Shown here: positions 46,726 to 59,654 of the stretch, piece after piece
Position numbering within the stretch: position 1 is the first letter of the stretch
Layout of the letters: each line of letters begins with the position of its first letter
Assembly: GCF_011386835.1 (NCBI RefSeq)
Contig: NC_088791.1
Coordinates: 94,364,001 to 94,428,000 of the forward strand
DNA length: 64,000 nucleotides
DNA from: Chrysemys picta bellii
Lineage: Eukaryota
Direction of reading: 5' to 3'
Translations under genes and position numbers: made by a program
Notes under the pieces: generated by a model
The model's database searches: none
The model's input: only the letters and a program-made list of their open reading frames with translations
Told to the model about the DNA's origin: nothing

Positions 46726-47202
46726 AGTAAAGAAATAAGAAAACATTTTGAAGCTGGGGAAATTGAGGCAGGGAGAGGTTAAATTACTTGTCCCAGGTCA
46801 TGTAGGGTTTATGGGCCAGGGCCAGAGATAGAACCAAGCTGGCTACTAGTTTGGTACCTTAACTACAGGGTTGTCTTCCCTCATATGTTGTTGGAAAGGT
46901 AACTGTTCCTAGATTTATAATAGTGTTTCTTATTCGATATATAACCTGGATGTCATCATAATTTTGCCATTTTACTTCCTTGGGCCAGTACCTTAACTGA
47001 TTCTTTAATAGTGAGATAGCGGGGAACGGTACGTCTATCCTCCCCATTCATCCTCATTCTTATTCACTGGAATGAAGTAGGGTAGACAGTAGCATGCTGC
47101 CTCACCTTTCTGATTCAGCTGAAATTCTGGCTTGTGTTGCTGTGTCCTCAATCATGCTCTTCAGCCTCTCAGTAGTCTCATTCTTCTATCTTCTTGCTGC
47201 AG

Positions 47203-47306
47203 ACAGAGATAGGAAGGAGATATGCCACTTTGCCCAGAAGTATGAGCACTCTATGCGTGTGTCAGACTTTGACCCACTATCTCAGACCAAGCTCACCTAC
47301 AAGAAG
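47203..47306 (+). CDS. FAM227A: FAM227A exon (RDRKEICHFAQKYEHSMRVSDFDPLSQTKLTYKK)
   Basis: Long pyrimidine tract plus GCAG, AAG|GTAAGA donor, phase 1 to 0; low sequence conservation. Confidence 0.7.
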
Positions 47307-47909
47307 GTAAGATCACCTATGAGAAGGGACAGAATTTTTCCCCTCCCCTACACATATGCAACATCTCTTGGAAAGAGACAGAGTCCAATTCTCAAGATTG
47401 CTGGGAGAAATAATTGATGTTTGTTTTTATTTTTGGGATGGGTGCATAGGAATGTAGGAACTGCCTTATTGCATCAGATCACTGGTCTGTCTAGTCCATT
47501 ATCCCCCTCTCCTAACAAATTGCATCATATCACTGGTCCATCCATTCCTGTATCCTCCTTCATTCCGTACCAGTTCCACAGATTGATTATACTGTATCCT
47601 TTGTAAAGGATTATTTCCTTTTATTGATTCTAAATTGTACTGTCCTTCAATTTCACAAGTCTTGCTTGTGTTCTGTTGTGGAACAGGTAACAGATCAGAC
47701 CTTCCCCTTCTTATCACTAGGGCCAGGTCTACACTACAAACTGGTCAGGGCAAAGTATATTAGCATAAAGCCACCGCAGTTGGTATATTCACTTGTGAGC
47801 ATGCACACTTGTCTGCTTGCTTTGGCACTTTGTATACTTATCAAGCTTGCTCATCTCACTGCAAAGTGCAGTGCACCATTGGTATGTGTCCTAGTGTGTC
47901 ACGCACCAC

Positions 47910-48054
47910 CAGAGCTTAATTTGTAATGAAAGAGGTGCCGGGGCTCAAGCAATTTTTTTACTTTCATAACTGAAGCGGCAAGCCTAGAGATGCCGGGGCT
48001 ATGAACTGTCAAGCCTAGAGGTACAAGGCAAGCCTTGGCACAAATTAAGCATTG
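47910..48054. mobile_element. 145-bp hAT MITE inside Harbinger
   Basis: TIR CAGAGCTTAATTTGT / ACAAATTAAGCATTG; TSD cgcaccac/tgcaccac. Confidence 0.85.
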
Positions 48055-48249
48055 TGCACCACCCTCTGGTGCAATGCGTTTTGGGGGATTTTTGCAATGT
48101 GTTATCGGGTAGAAATGAGTTACGCAGGGAACTCTGAGACTGGGGGGGGGTCAAGTTCCCATCATGCAGTTTTCTCCATCCCATAATGCCATCCCTATCC
48201 CATAATTTTCACGCCTTTTTTAAAACCCCACAAACCCATGCAGCACTTG

Positions 48250-50880
48250 TCCACCATCTCTGACGGAAGCATGGCGCTCACACAGCTCTGCACTATTGTC
48301 ATGAACTTTGCAAACAAAGAACAAATGACTCTTCCAGTAGTTGCAGAGCTGTAGGAAGTATAACAATGGGGGACATGACAATTTATTTGAGGACAAATTG
48401 CTAAGGGACATAGCAAAAACCAATTTAAGGTTGTTGGGATTCATGGATCAGCTGCAGAGTGTGAAGCGCTGCTTCTGGGCTTGAGAAATGAGCACTGACA
48501 GGTGGGGTTGCATCGTAATGCAGATTTGTGGTGATGAGCAGTGGTTGTAGAACTTTCTGATGTAAAAGCCACCTTCCAGGATCTGTGTGCTGATCTTGCT
48601 TCAGCCCTCCCATGCAGGACACAAAACTGAGACCTGCACTTACAGTTCAGAAGTGAGGGATGGTCTCACTGTGGAAGCTTGCAGCTCCGGATTGCACCTG
48701 GTCAATGGGAAATCATTCAATCAGTCATCCTGTTTGCTTTTTTGACTGCCGCTGCACACTGCGTGGACGTCTTCAGAGAACTATCCATGATGACTCCAAT
48801 ATCTTTTTCCTGATTCGTTGTAGCTAAATTAGCCCCCATCATATTGTATGTATAGTTGGGGTTATTTCTTCCAATGTGCATTACTTTACATTTATCCACA
48901 TTTTAATTTCATTTGCCATTTTGTTGCCCAATCACTTAGTTTTATGAGATCTTTTTGAAGTTCTTCACAGTCTACTTTGGTCTTAACTATCTTGAGCAGT
49001 TTAGTATCATCTGCAAACTTTGCCACCTCACTTTTTATCCCTTTCTCCAGATCATTTATGAATAAGTTGAATAGGATTGGTCCTAAGACTGACCCTTGGG
49101 GGACACCACTAGTTACCCCTCTCCATTCTGAGAATTTACCATTTCTTCCTACCCTTTGTTCCCTCTCTTTTAACCAGTTCTCAATCCATGAAAGGACCTT
49201 CCCTCTTATCCCATGACAATTTAATTTATGTAAGAGCCTTTGGTGAGGGACCTTGTCAAAGGCTTTCTGGAAATCTAAGTACACTATGTCCACTGGATCC
49301 CCCTTGTCCACGTGTTTGTTGACCCCTTAAAAGAACTCTAATAGATTAGTAAGACACGATTTCCCTTTACAGAAACCATGTTGACTTTTGCCCAACAATT
49401 TATGTTCTTCTGTATGTCTGACAATTTTATTCTTTACTATTGTTTCAACTAATTTGCCCAGTACTGACGTTAGACTTAGCAGTCTGTAATTGCTGGGATC
49501 ACCTCTAGAGCCTTTTTAAAATATTGGTGTTACATTAGCTATCTTCCAGTCATTGGGTACAGAAGCTGATTTAAAGGACAGGTTACAAACCATAGTTAAT
49601 AGTTCTGCAACTTCACATTTGAGTTCTTTCAGAACTCTTGGGTGAATGCCATCTGGTCCCTGTGACTTGTTACTGTTAAGTTTATCAATTAATTCCAAAA
49701 TCTCCTCTAGTGACACCTCAATCTGTGACAATTCCTCCGATTTGTCATCTACAAAAGCCGGCTCAGGTTTGGGAATCTTCCTAACGTCCTCAGCCGTGAA
49801 GACTGAAGCAAAGAATCCATTTAGTTTCTCCACAATGACTTTATCATCTTTAAGCGCGCCTTTTGTATCTCGATCGTCCAGGGACCCCACTGGTTGTTTA
49901 GCAGGCTTCCTGCTTCTGATGTACTTAAAAAACGTTTTGTTATTACCTTTTGAGTTTTTGGGTAGCCATTCTTCAAATTCCTCTTCGGCTTTTCTTATTA
50001 CATTTTTACACTTAATTAGGCAATGTTTACGTTCCTTTCTATTTACCTCACTAGGATTTGACTTCCACTTTTTAAAAGATGCCTTTTTATCTCTCACTGC
50101 TTCTTTTACATGGTTGTTAAGCCACGGTGGCTCTTTTTTAGTTCTTTTACTGTGTTTTTTAATTTGGGGTATACATTTAAGTTGGGCCTCTTTGAAAAGC
50201 GTCCCTGCAGCTTGCAGGGATTTCACTCTAGTCACTGTACCTTTTCATTTCTGTTTCACTAACCCCCTCATTTTTGCATAGTTCCCCTTTCTGAAATTAA
50301 ATGTCACAGTGTTGGACTGTTGAGGTGTTCTTCCCACCACAGGAATGTTAAATGTTATTATATTATGGTCACTATTTCCAAGCGGTCCTGTTATAGTTAC
50401 CTCTCGGACTAGCTCCTGTGCTCCTCTCAGGACTAAATCGAGAGTTGCCTCTCCCCTTGTGGGCTCCCGTACCAGCTATTCCAAGAAGCAGTCATTTTAA
50501 AATATCAAGAAATGTTGTCTCTGCATTTCGTCCTGAGGTGACACATTCCCAGTCAATATGGGGATAATTGAAATCCCCCACTATTACTGAGTTCTTAATT
50601 TTGATAGCCTCTCTAATTTCCCTTAGCATTTCATCATCACTATCACTGTCCTGGTCAGGTGGTCGATAATAGATCCCTAATGTTATATTCTTATTAGAGC
50701 ATGAAATTACTATCCATAGAGATTCTATGGAACATGTGGATGTATTTGCAACTCTAGGATTCCCAAACTGTGGTGGGGCATATACAGCACATCCCTGATT
50801 TGGCACCAGCCCACCTTGCAACAGAGTACATCTATGGTTATGCAATCATTGGTGGATCACTGGGGACACTTCTCCCATAT
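48250..50880 (+). pseudogene. Harbinger (HARBI1-like) transposase remnant, interrupted by CR1
   Basis: Frameshifted FWA.E.STD.W..IVMQ...DEQW..NF text at 48470-48716 and VDVFATLGFPNCGG...LAPAHLATEY at 50737-50835. Confidence 0.75.
48717..50730 (-). mobile_element. CR1 ORF2 internal fragment (endonuclease and RT) lacking its 3' tail
   Basis: [65 protein letters not shown]. Confidence 0.95.
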
Positions 50881-50923
50881 CAGTGTGGGCATGAGGCTTG
50901 CATCTTTAAGAACAGAGGACTGT

Positions 50924-52980
50924 TCAGAAAGCTGCACACAGTGACATGCTTTCTTGACTGGTGGATATTGACCATTGGCGATATTGAAATACCAGTTGTG
51001 ATTTTGGTGGACCCAGAGTACCCCTTGCTCCTCCAGACTCATGAAGCCATACATCGGCCAACTTGATAGCTCCAAAGAAAGATTCCCTCTTCCTTCCCTG
51101 ATAGGACTCCTGGGCATTTCTCCTGTCCACTCTTTCCTTCTCCAAGCTGTCTGCTATATTCACTTTCCAGGCTTTCTTTTCATGGTCTGATGCAGCACTG
51201 GTTTGCAGGATCTCACTGAATGTGTCCTCTGTAGTCTGCTTCTTCCTCCTCCTCATCAGGGACTGGTGTCCCGTGGGTGTGGAGGGGACACTTCTCAGGG
51301 CTGTAACGGCAGCAGCTACAGATGAAAGATTATATTTACAGTCACAACAGAAAGTAAAATGTTTAGTTTCAGAACTTCCTTCTTTATGCCCATAAAAGTT
51401 TTAAAATCAGACATGCTTATTGACACTTCAGTCTTGGGTCACCTCTGTACATTACCACTCTCCAGCTGCAGCCAAGGTGAGTATGGCCCACCAGGAGTGG
51501 GGGTGAGGGAGGAGGGAATTGTTTGGTTGTGTAAAACAGGAAAATTTCGGCCCCTATTTCCATGGATACAAGTACAGGGCAATGGCACTGAGTACTGGCG
51601 CTATTTGCCACAGGTGGTGGTGATGATTTTAGCTGATATCTCACTCCTGAGGGTAGCAAAGGCACAGAGAGCACAGCTGGCTGCTGGGATCCTGAAGCCT
51701 CCTGAGTCCATATGCTGCTAGCCTGTTTACTGCAATGGTGTCTACTGTGGAGGAAGAAATCAAGCAGCCACCTCTAGAAACCTTCAGGAGAGGATTGCAG
51801 ACCATCTCCATGAAAATTTTATCACAATCCCTCAGGAGGATACAAGGAACATCCTTATGTACATAAACAAATTGCTACACAGCCTGCCCACAGCCTGACA
51901 GGGGAAAGAAAAGCAGATACCAGCTCTACCTCTAAGTTTTGTTGTACCTTTACCTCTTCTCCTCTTCATCTGGTAGGAGTAAAACAACGAAAAGCAGAAA
52001 CCTGTGTTCTGCTAACCTGGGGTTGAGCCTGGCACCATCTTCACATTTATTCTTTTTAAGGGAGCAGCGGAGAGCAACAAAAATGATTAGGGGACTGGAG
52101 CATATGACTTATGAGGAGAGGCTGAGGGAACTGGGATTGTTTAGTCTGCAGAAGAGAAGAATGAGGGTGGCTTTGATAGCTGCTTTCAACTACCCGAAAG
52201 GGGGTTCCAAAGAGGATGAATCTAGACTGTTCTCAGTAGTACCTGATGACAGAACAAGGAGTAATAGTCTCAAGTTGCAGTGGGGGAGGTTTAGGTTGGA
52301 TATTAGGAAACACTTTTTCACTAGGAGGGTAGTGAAGCACTGGAATGGGTTACCTAGGGAGGTGGTGGAATCTCCTTCCTTAGAGGTTTTTAAGGTCAGG
52401 CTTAACAAAGCCCTGGCTGGGATGATTTAGTTGGGAATTGGTCCTGCTTTGAGCAGGGGGTTGGACTAGATGACGACCTGAGGTCCCTTCCAACCTTGAT
52501 ATTCTATGATTCTTTACCCTGGATCTGGCTTATCTGTGCTCAGCTGGCAGGAATATCTAGACTGCAGTGGAGTCTCTAAAAGATACTGGCTTGCCGCATA
52601 GCAGAACCCGCTCACCACATGTCCCTCTTCTTCCTGGCTGTTCACAGCAAGGGTCTCTCTCTTAGGCTCCACCAAGGAATCCATAGTGATCTGAAGGATG
52701 CTGTTGGGGTCTCCACCAAGTATGGCATGCAGCTAGTTGTAAAACCAGCAGGTCTGTGGCTTGGCACCACATCGTCTGTTGGCCTCCCTGGCCTTCCATA
52801 ATGTCTGCTGCAGTTCCTTTGCTTTCATGTGGTACTGCTGCTGATCCCTGTTGTACCCTTTTGCCTGCATCCCCAGTGCAGTCTTTTTGTAGATGTCCAT
52901 ATTTATGTGACTGGTCCATAGCTGTGCCTGCACAGTCTCTTCTCCCCAGAGGGCCAGGAGATCCACTGTCTCCTGCTACT
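50924..52980 (-). pseudogene. Harbinger Myb/SANT-like DNA-binding protein remnant
   Basis: DLLALWGEETVQAQLWTSHINMDIYKKTALGMQAKGYNRDQQQ at 52733-52966; RRRKKQTTEDTFSEILQ at about 51256. Confidence 0.75.
52062..52512 (+). mobile_element. CR1 3' end inside Harbinger
   Basis: [29 protein letters not shown]; ATTCTATGATT tail. Confidence 0.93.
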
Positions 52981-54222
52981 CCAGGCAGGAGTGTGTCTAG
53001 AGCGTGTGACCAGTATGGTCAGTTGGCAGCTGTACACAACAAGGGAGAGCTGCTAGGTGAGCGCACCAAGCTGGGCAATCAGGAAATGGCATTTCAAAAA
53101 TACACAGAGGTTTTAAAGGGGGGATTGGTAACTTCCATTCTCTGTGACCCCTAGGCAGCAGAGTTCACAATTGTGACCAGAGTGGTTGCTGTTGAGCATT
53201 GTGGGAGACCTGCTGGAGGACTGTTAGGGTCAGCACGGTTCGTGCAGTGTCTACACTCTCACTGTGTTGACCATGGCTCAGTGCCATTCAGGGAGGGGAT
53301 GTTACTGTGTCACCTGTAATGGGACACTTATGTTGGCAGGAGACAAATTTGAGTGTGGACTCATGCATAAATGGGTTGATGGGAGGCAACTTATATCAAC
53401 CTAGCTTTCGAGTGTAGATCAGGCTGAGGCCGCTCATCACTTTGGACTCCTCAATCAAGTCCCCTCTAACTTCTCCTCGTCAAGCTAAATAATCTTAACC
53501 TTTCAGTTTCTTGTGTAGCTGCTACATTCATGCCACTAACAGTTTCTGGCATCTTACTCTGGATGTTTTTCTAGCAACGGATGACTAGTCACAGACCCAA
53601 GAGTAGTGTGCTCTGTACAAATGGAAATCATGATTTCCTTCTCCCTGGAGTTTGCAGAGGATAAGGGAAGTCACACAGGGAAAAGAACAGCAACTAGTAT
53701 AAAGACTGCAGCATCCTTTTCTCATTCCTTTCCCCTAGTTCCATCTTCTGCTGAGTGTTAGCTTTGGTAGACCAGTGATTTTCAGCCTCTCAAACCATGA
53801 TCTGACACTCAGCCATTTGCAACCAGTCCTCCAGGAGTGAAACCTCAAAATCTTTTGTGTGATACTTCGGAGTAGCCACCATGAGAATCAGCACAACACT
53901 TAGGGTCTGAAGTCAATGGCAAAACTCCTATAGACTCCAATGGGACAGGTTCAAAAACCCTTATAGGGCACTCCTGGTGTCTGGACCAATTATAAGTGCC
54001 TGCGCAAATCCATTTCAGTGGGGACAAGGAATGGGCATGGGCTGGTTACCAACCCCCACCTCGCAAACTCCCCATTGAAGTCTCACAACCCAGATAATTG
54101 AAGTCTTGAAATAGCTAGTTCCTGCCCTTGAGACATAAAGCACCAGGCTGGGGGATTTGAAGGCACTTGTCATCAGTATATGTGTTTTGTATTGTGTCTT
54201 TCCTCCCTCTTTGTCACCCTAG

Positions 54223-54375
54223 CCTCAGAATACATCAGAAAAGAACAAGCTGGTGGAACTGTATCAATACCCAGGATACAACGAGCATGAGCCAACACCA
54301 CTGCCTAATGGGACGGAGCTGGCTGAAGTCATAGAGAAGGTGGTGTGTGCCCAGAGAAAGTCAGCAAGTGGGAAG
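54223..54375 (+). CDS. FAM227A: FAM227A exon (PQNTSEKNKLVELYQY...LPNGTELAEVIEKVVCAQRKSASGK)
   Basis: CTAG acceptor, AAG|GTGCTC donor, 153 nt; ELYQY and LPNG shared with human. Confidence 0.88.
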
Positions 54376-54687
54376 GTGCTCTGCATACTTACAAAGAGCA
54401 GCAAATGTGTGCTTGCGTGTGTGTACCTACATATGAGTGGATATGCCATGCACATGTATGTGAATGTGTGTGTGAGTGCTGTGAGAATGTGCGCATTTGT
54501 TTCTCAGAAATGGCGTGCGGCTTGTAAGGCTTTGTGAATGAGAGATTCGGAGGTTCTTAAGGATGGATTCGTGGTAGAGTTGAGAACAGGAGAGAGGGTG
54601 TGTGCAGATCAGAGAGCGATTTGCCTTGTGAGTGTATCTTCATCTGTCTGCGCTGCATGATGTTGCAAAGTTTCATTTCTTTGTCAG

Positions 54688-54789
54688 ACTCCTTTTCCTT
54701 CAAAGATGCTGCAGAAGTTTCTCACAGCTCCAATCTCCCATGCTATCCTGTTGGACAGCTTCTGGTGGTTTTTTCTCCACTTATATCAG
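54688..54789 (+). CDS. FAM227A: FAM227A exon with the family FWWh signature (AILLDSFWWFFLHLYQ)
   Basis: GTCAG acceptor, CAG|GTAAGG donor, 102 nt. Confidence 0.92.
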
Positions 54790-54959
54790 GTAAGGAAGAG
54801 ACTAGGACAAGGGCTGGATATTGATGTATTTCACACGGTTCAACTGAGAATAGAGACTCTGCCAGAGGAAAGTTTGATAAGTGTCTTAAAATAATATTGA
54901 AAACAAAAGGTTGAAATTGTGCAGTGTGGTCCACTTCTGCTCCATCTGTCCCTTGTAGG

Positions 54960-56269
54960 AAGCGAATACCTGCTCCAGTCAGACCCTACAATGCAATACA
55001 GACTAGAGGAGGTATTCTCCCTCCCACTGTGGTGGCATTTAGGGTCTGTACAAATCCCTTAAATAGCCAGGGAGGAATTTGCCTGGGATAAGCACTGTAT
55101 AAGGCTTGGATCTGATCCAAGGACAGATGTTTTTTTCCCATGACATGATGGTCAGATTCTTGAGAGGCCTCAAGAGACTCTTCCCGCAGGTATGGACTCC
55201 TGTCCCACAGTGGGATCTTAACTTGGTCCTCTCTAGGCTCACAGGCCTGCCCTTTGAGCCACTGGGTTCCTGCTCCCTTTCCCACCTGTTATGGAAGGTT
55301 GCGTTCTTGGTGGTGGTGATGCCGTCGAGTCGAGTCTCAGAAATTAAAGCCTTGATCTCAGAACCGCCATATACGGTCTTCTACAAAGACAAGGTTCAGC
55401 TGTGGCCCCACCCAGGCTTCCTGCCGAAGGTGTTGTCTACTTTCCATACGAACCAGGACATCTTCCTCCTGGTGTTCTGTCCCAAACTGTACAAGACCAG
55501 TGAAGAGAGGCATCTTCACGTGCTGGACATCTGAAGGGCCTTGGCTTTTTACTTAGAACATACCAAGCCTTTCCGTAAATCAACTCAGCTGTTCATCGCT
55601 ACAGCGGATAGGATGAAGGGCCATCTGGTGTCCTCGCAGAGGATTTCAAATAGGATCACCTAGTGCATAAGAACCTGTTACAACCTGGTGGGGATTCTGC
55701 CGCCGCCGATTGCTAGAGCTCAGGCATCTTCAGCAGCCTTCCGGGCACACATCCCTATCCAGGACATCTGTAGAGGTGCAACATGGTACTCTGTTCACAT
55801 GTTTACCACTCATTATGCCATCACTCAGCAGGCCAGGGATGACGCTGGGTTCAGCAGAGCTGTGTTGCAGTCTACACGTCCGTGAACTCCTACTGACCTC
55901 CAGGGGTACTGCTTTGGAGTCACCTAATATAGAATGGACATGAGCAAGCACACGAAGAAGAAAAGACAGTTATCTCGAAGAGCACCAGTTACGGAAAAGG
56001 TGTGTTGCTCATGTCCATTCTACAACCTGCCCCCCTTCCCCACTGTCAGAGTTTCCGGCAAGAAGGAACTGAGGGTGGGGGGAGCCGGCGGTGCCATGTG
56101 GGGAGGGTAGGGGAGGCTCCAGAGGGCACCAGAGCCGGTCCCCTACAGATACTGCTGAGAGAAAAACTTCAAGCACCGGTGCATGTGGCGAGCACACACA
56201 CATAATATGGAATGGATATGAGCAACACATCTTGAAGAACACCAGTTATGGAAAAGGTAACTGTCTTTT
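54960..56269 (+). mobile_element. DIRS1-type retrotransposon right end (tyrosine recombinase, ICR, terminal repeat)
   Basis: YR frame 55106-55885 with two stops (PQWDLNLVL, SRVSEI, ICRGATW, HYAI); internal complementary region 55931-56021. Confidence 0.88.
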
Positions 56270-56339
56270 ATTATACTCTATGTTAACACCTACACTTATT
56301 GTAATCTATTAATAATTTAAATTAAATTTAAAAAGTAAT

Positions 56340-57178
56340 ATTCAAGCAGTACATCTTTGCTGCTGAAGTTTTAAAGAAAGTCCAACCACTGAACTGGCTA
56401 AGCACCTGGAACCAAAGTTGAAGTTCTAAACCAACTTTTGACTGCCTCTTCTTCATTTCAGGTTATTCAACAAGTTCAGTTCAGTGATTAGCTCATTCAA
56501 AGTTGAGAAACAGATTGGAAGTTGATGACCAGAAACAGTCAGTTCAGAATTCATAACTACAGATAATACTTTAATAAATCATCTAGTTTTAAATGAAAAA
56601 TATGTTTTGATAAATTTATATTTCCCCCTATGTATCCAGGACATTTAAGGTAGTTTTATTTAACTAATAACAAAAATTAAATTATGTTTTATGCATTTTT
56701 AATTGAATTCCAATTTTCATCCAGATGTTCCTTGACACAAATCATGAGCAAAAAATTAATCATCAGGTGGTAAATAAGAAATGCATCATTCGCCATTTTA
56801 AACTTAATGTATGTTAAGCTATATAATTGCTTAAATAAATGTCCATAAATATAGTGTATCATCATGGTTAGCAAAATAAAATAATAAAAATAATACCCAG
56901 CTCTGATATAGTGCTTTTATCAGTAGATCTCAAAATGCTTTATAAAGAAGGTCAGATGTACCAAATTTAGTGTAAAGGCGCTATTTAGTTACAAATCAAC
57001 ATGTTTTAATAGTTACCAACCACTGAGACTCAAACTTTATTTAGAAAAATAGCTAACGAGTACAAATAGATAACAAGATTAAAATAGATTCTTTAAATCA
57101 AGGTTTCCTGTTTGCTGATTTAAATCATTATTAAAATTGGTGATTTAAATCCCTTTGATTTAAATCAATCCACTCTGC
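56340..57178. mobile_element. Decayed hAT element, probable transposase C-terminal remnant and GATTTAAATC subterminal repeats
   Basis: HSKLRNRL-like text at about 56495-56520; repeated GATTTAAATC; ends ATCCACTCTG. Confidence 0.5.
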
Positions 57179-57286
57179 TCACATACACAAACCTTTGGAC
57201 AGGCTTGAGGATCTCCTTGTTGCTGTGGTTTGATGAGTAGGTGAATGCCTCTCTGATTATTCATTCCTTTCTTTCTTTCTTGGTAG

Positions 57287-57391
57287 CCAAATAGAGAGAT
57301 TCAGGGACGGCTGTTTGATCGCATTGCAAAGAATTATGCCGCCCTCCTGTTTGACTGTCACAAGTTCCGCTACCAGAATGCTCTTATTAAA
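57287..57391 (+). CDS. FAM227A: FAM227A exon (PNREIQGRLFDRIAKNYAALLFDCHKFRYQNALIK)
   Basis: Pyrimidine tract plus TAG, AAA|GTGAGT donor, 105 nt; LFDRIA conserved. Confidence 0.92.
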
Positions 57392-59200
57392 GTGAGTGTA
57401 AAAAGGTTTAGAAAAAGCAATAGAGTTTACACTTAAGCAGTGAAATAACCTGGGAATATCCACCACTATCCGCCCCTTTATCTCTGGCCACAGGGACAAT
57501 CTGACACTAACAACAGTTATCCCATATATAGCACTTTATATTTTTAGAATGCTGTACAGGCATTTACTAATTAATTCTTCCAGGGCTTGGAATGTGCCGT
57601 GATCAATTGGATTTGAACTCTTGTTGAATAGCAGACTATCTTGTCTGATATCCCCACAGTTTGGAATGCTCCATGATGACCAATATGGTTCATGCTCTTG
57701 TCTTGTGAATATCTTTTAATAATCTAAAATCATGGGTAGGGGTGATGAGATCTGAGGAGTGGCTCTGTCTCTCCCCATCAAGATCCACTCTTCATTCCCT
57801 CCTCTTGTTCATCCTCATGCCTTCATCCCCATCCCACAGGCTCTTCTCCTTCATCCTTACTCATCCTCTGAATTCCCTGTTCCCTTCTGTAATTTCTGGT
57901 TCACCTCCAAGAAACTAACCCTGATCCCCAACCTTTTTATTTCGGACTCCTTCCATCTCCCTGTTTCATTGAAAACTAATTCTCCATCTGACTCAGCATC
58001 TGTGATTGCCTTTTCTTTCTCCAATTCTCCCCACGCTTGAAGCATTCTTCTCACACTTTATTATTAATTATTATTATTATTATATTTATTAATCATGTTT
58101 ATTACATTAGTGCCTAAGGGGCAACCAAGAATGTGGCCCCATTGTGTGAGTTGCTGTACAAACATAGACTAATAGATGGTACCTGACCTGAAGAATTTAT
58201 AATCTAAACAGATAAGACAGACTCGGGATGGGGGGGAAGGGGTAGAACACACAAGCAGAGTGACGTATGTGATGGCAGCAAATGACATGTTAATGCCATG
58301 GTGGTTTTTGTTTTTGAGGGGATAGGTTTACTTCTCCCCCACCCTGCTCCTTTGCCTCCATTGAGATGTACTCCATCCAATTCTTTCTGCCCTCTCTACT
58401 TGAGTTATTTTATTTACTGCCCCGGCTTCCTTTCTTCATTTTCCCTTGACTTTGTTGTCTGCCGTTCTTTTTTCCTCTCACTTCAGTCTTTTATCCTCAT
58501 CCCAGGGGTCTTGTATTTCCACACTGAAGGCCCATCTGATTCTGTGGCCTCTTGCTTCCTTTTGGTAAACATGACCTTCAAAGAAAAAAAAAATAGTTTG
58601 TCTCCTCTTTTGCTTCCAACAGTGCAGTTTTCTGCTTGTTTCTTAGATTTAGAAATTCATGTCTCTTCCTAGAAGACCCTATATGACTGGAAAACTAGTG
58701 ACATCACAAGGGACTAATAGTTGAGCAATTATGAAGGGAAGAGGTTTTTATTCAAACTGTTTGAAACTTAGGTTTTGGTTTGTGTGTCTGAACACCTGTG
58801 TAATGCCAGTGTTTAACAAATATTGGGAGACAGGATGGCTTTGTTTAGGATTCAGCATCCCCCTCATCCCCTCAGTTAAGGTATGAAAGGTCCACGTACA
58901 CGAAGAAGTCTTCCAACAAACCCGACTTAACATTCTTGATGTTTCTAATGTAAAAAAAACAAGCAGGAGAAATGGCACAAGAAACAAAATTACAATGCTG
59001 GCTAAATGATTGTTTATATTAAAATTGAGGCTATTCCTTTATGACTGAATCTGCGTGGATTGGAATTTTGGATAGTCCCTGTATATGGGAGGAAGGAATA
59101 CAGCCCTTTTAAGCTCTAAAGAAAGAACAGTCTGTCCAATGTCTCTCCTCTAACCTGTCTAGATTGATGGAGTTCTGATTTTTCTTTCCTTAATCCTTAG

Positions 59201-59515
<315 letters not shown>

Positions 59516-59654
59516 TGAATCATTGACTTTTTGATTTGGAGAGCAGACCAAAAAAATCAGAAAAAATGCTCTGTTCGGTTCTGAAAATGTTCAGAATGTG
59601 CCAGCAAATCTGAAAAGTCTTTGTCAGACCAGCAAACTGCATGTCCATGTCCGA

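Larger units (their letters stand above)
47721..53425. mobile_element. Relic autonomous PIF/Harbinger transposon with nested insertions
   Basis: TIR GGCCAGGTCTACACT / AGTGTAGATCAGGCT; transposase remnants (+) and Myb/SANT remnants (-). Confidence 0.8.

Noticed and set aside
48892-50845. Functional reverse transcriptase or retron-like system
   Set aside because: Fragmented CR1 ORF2 with frameshifts, internal deletions and no 3' end
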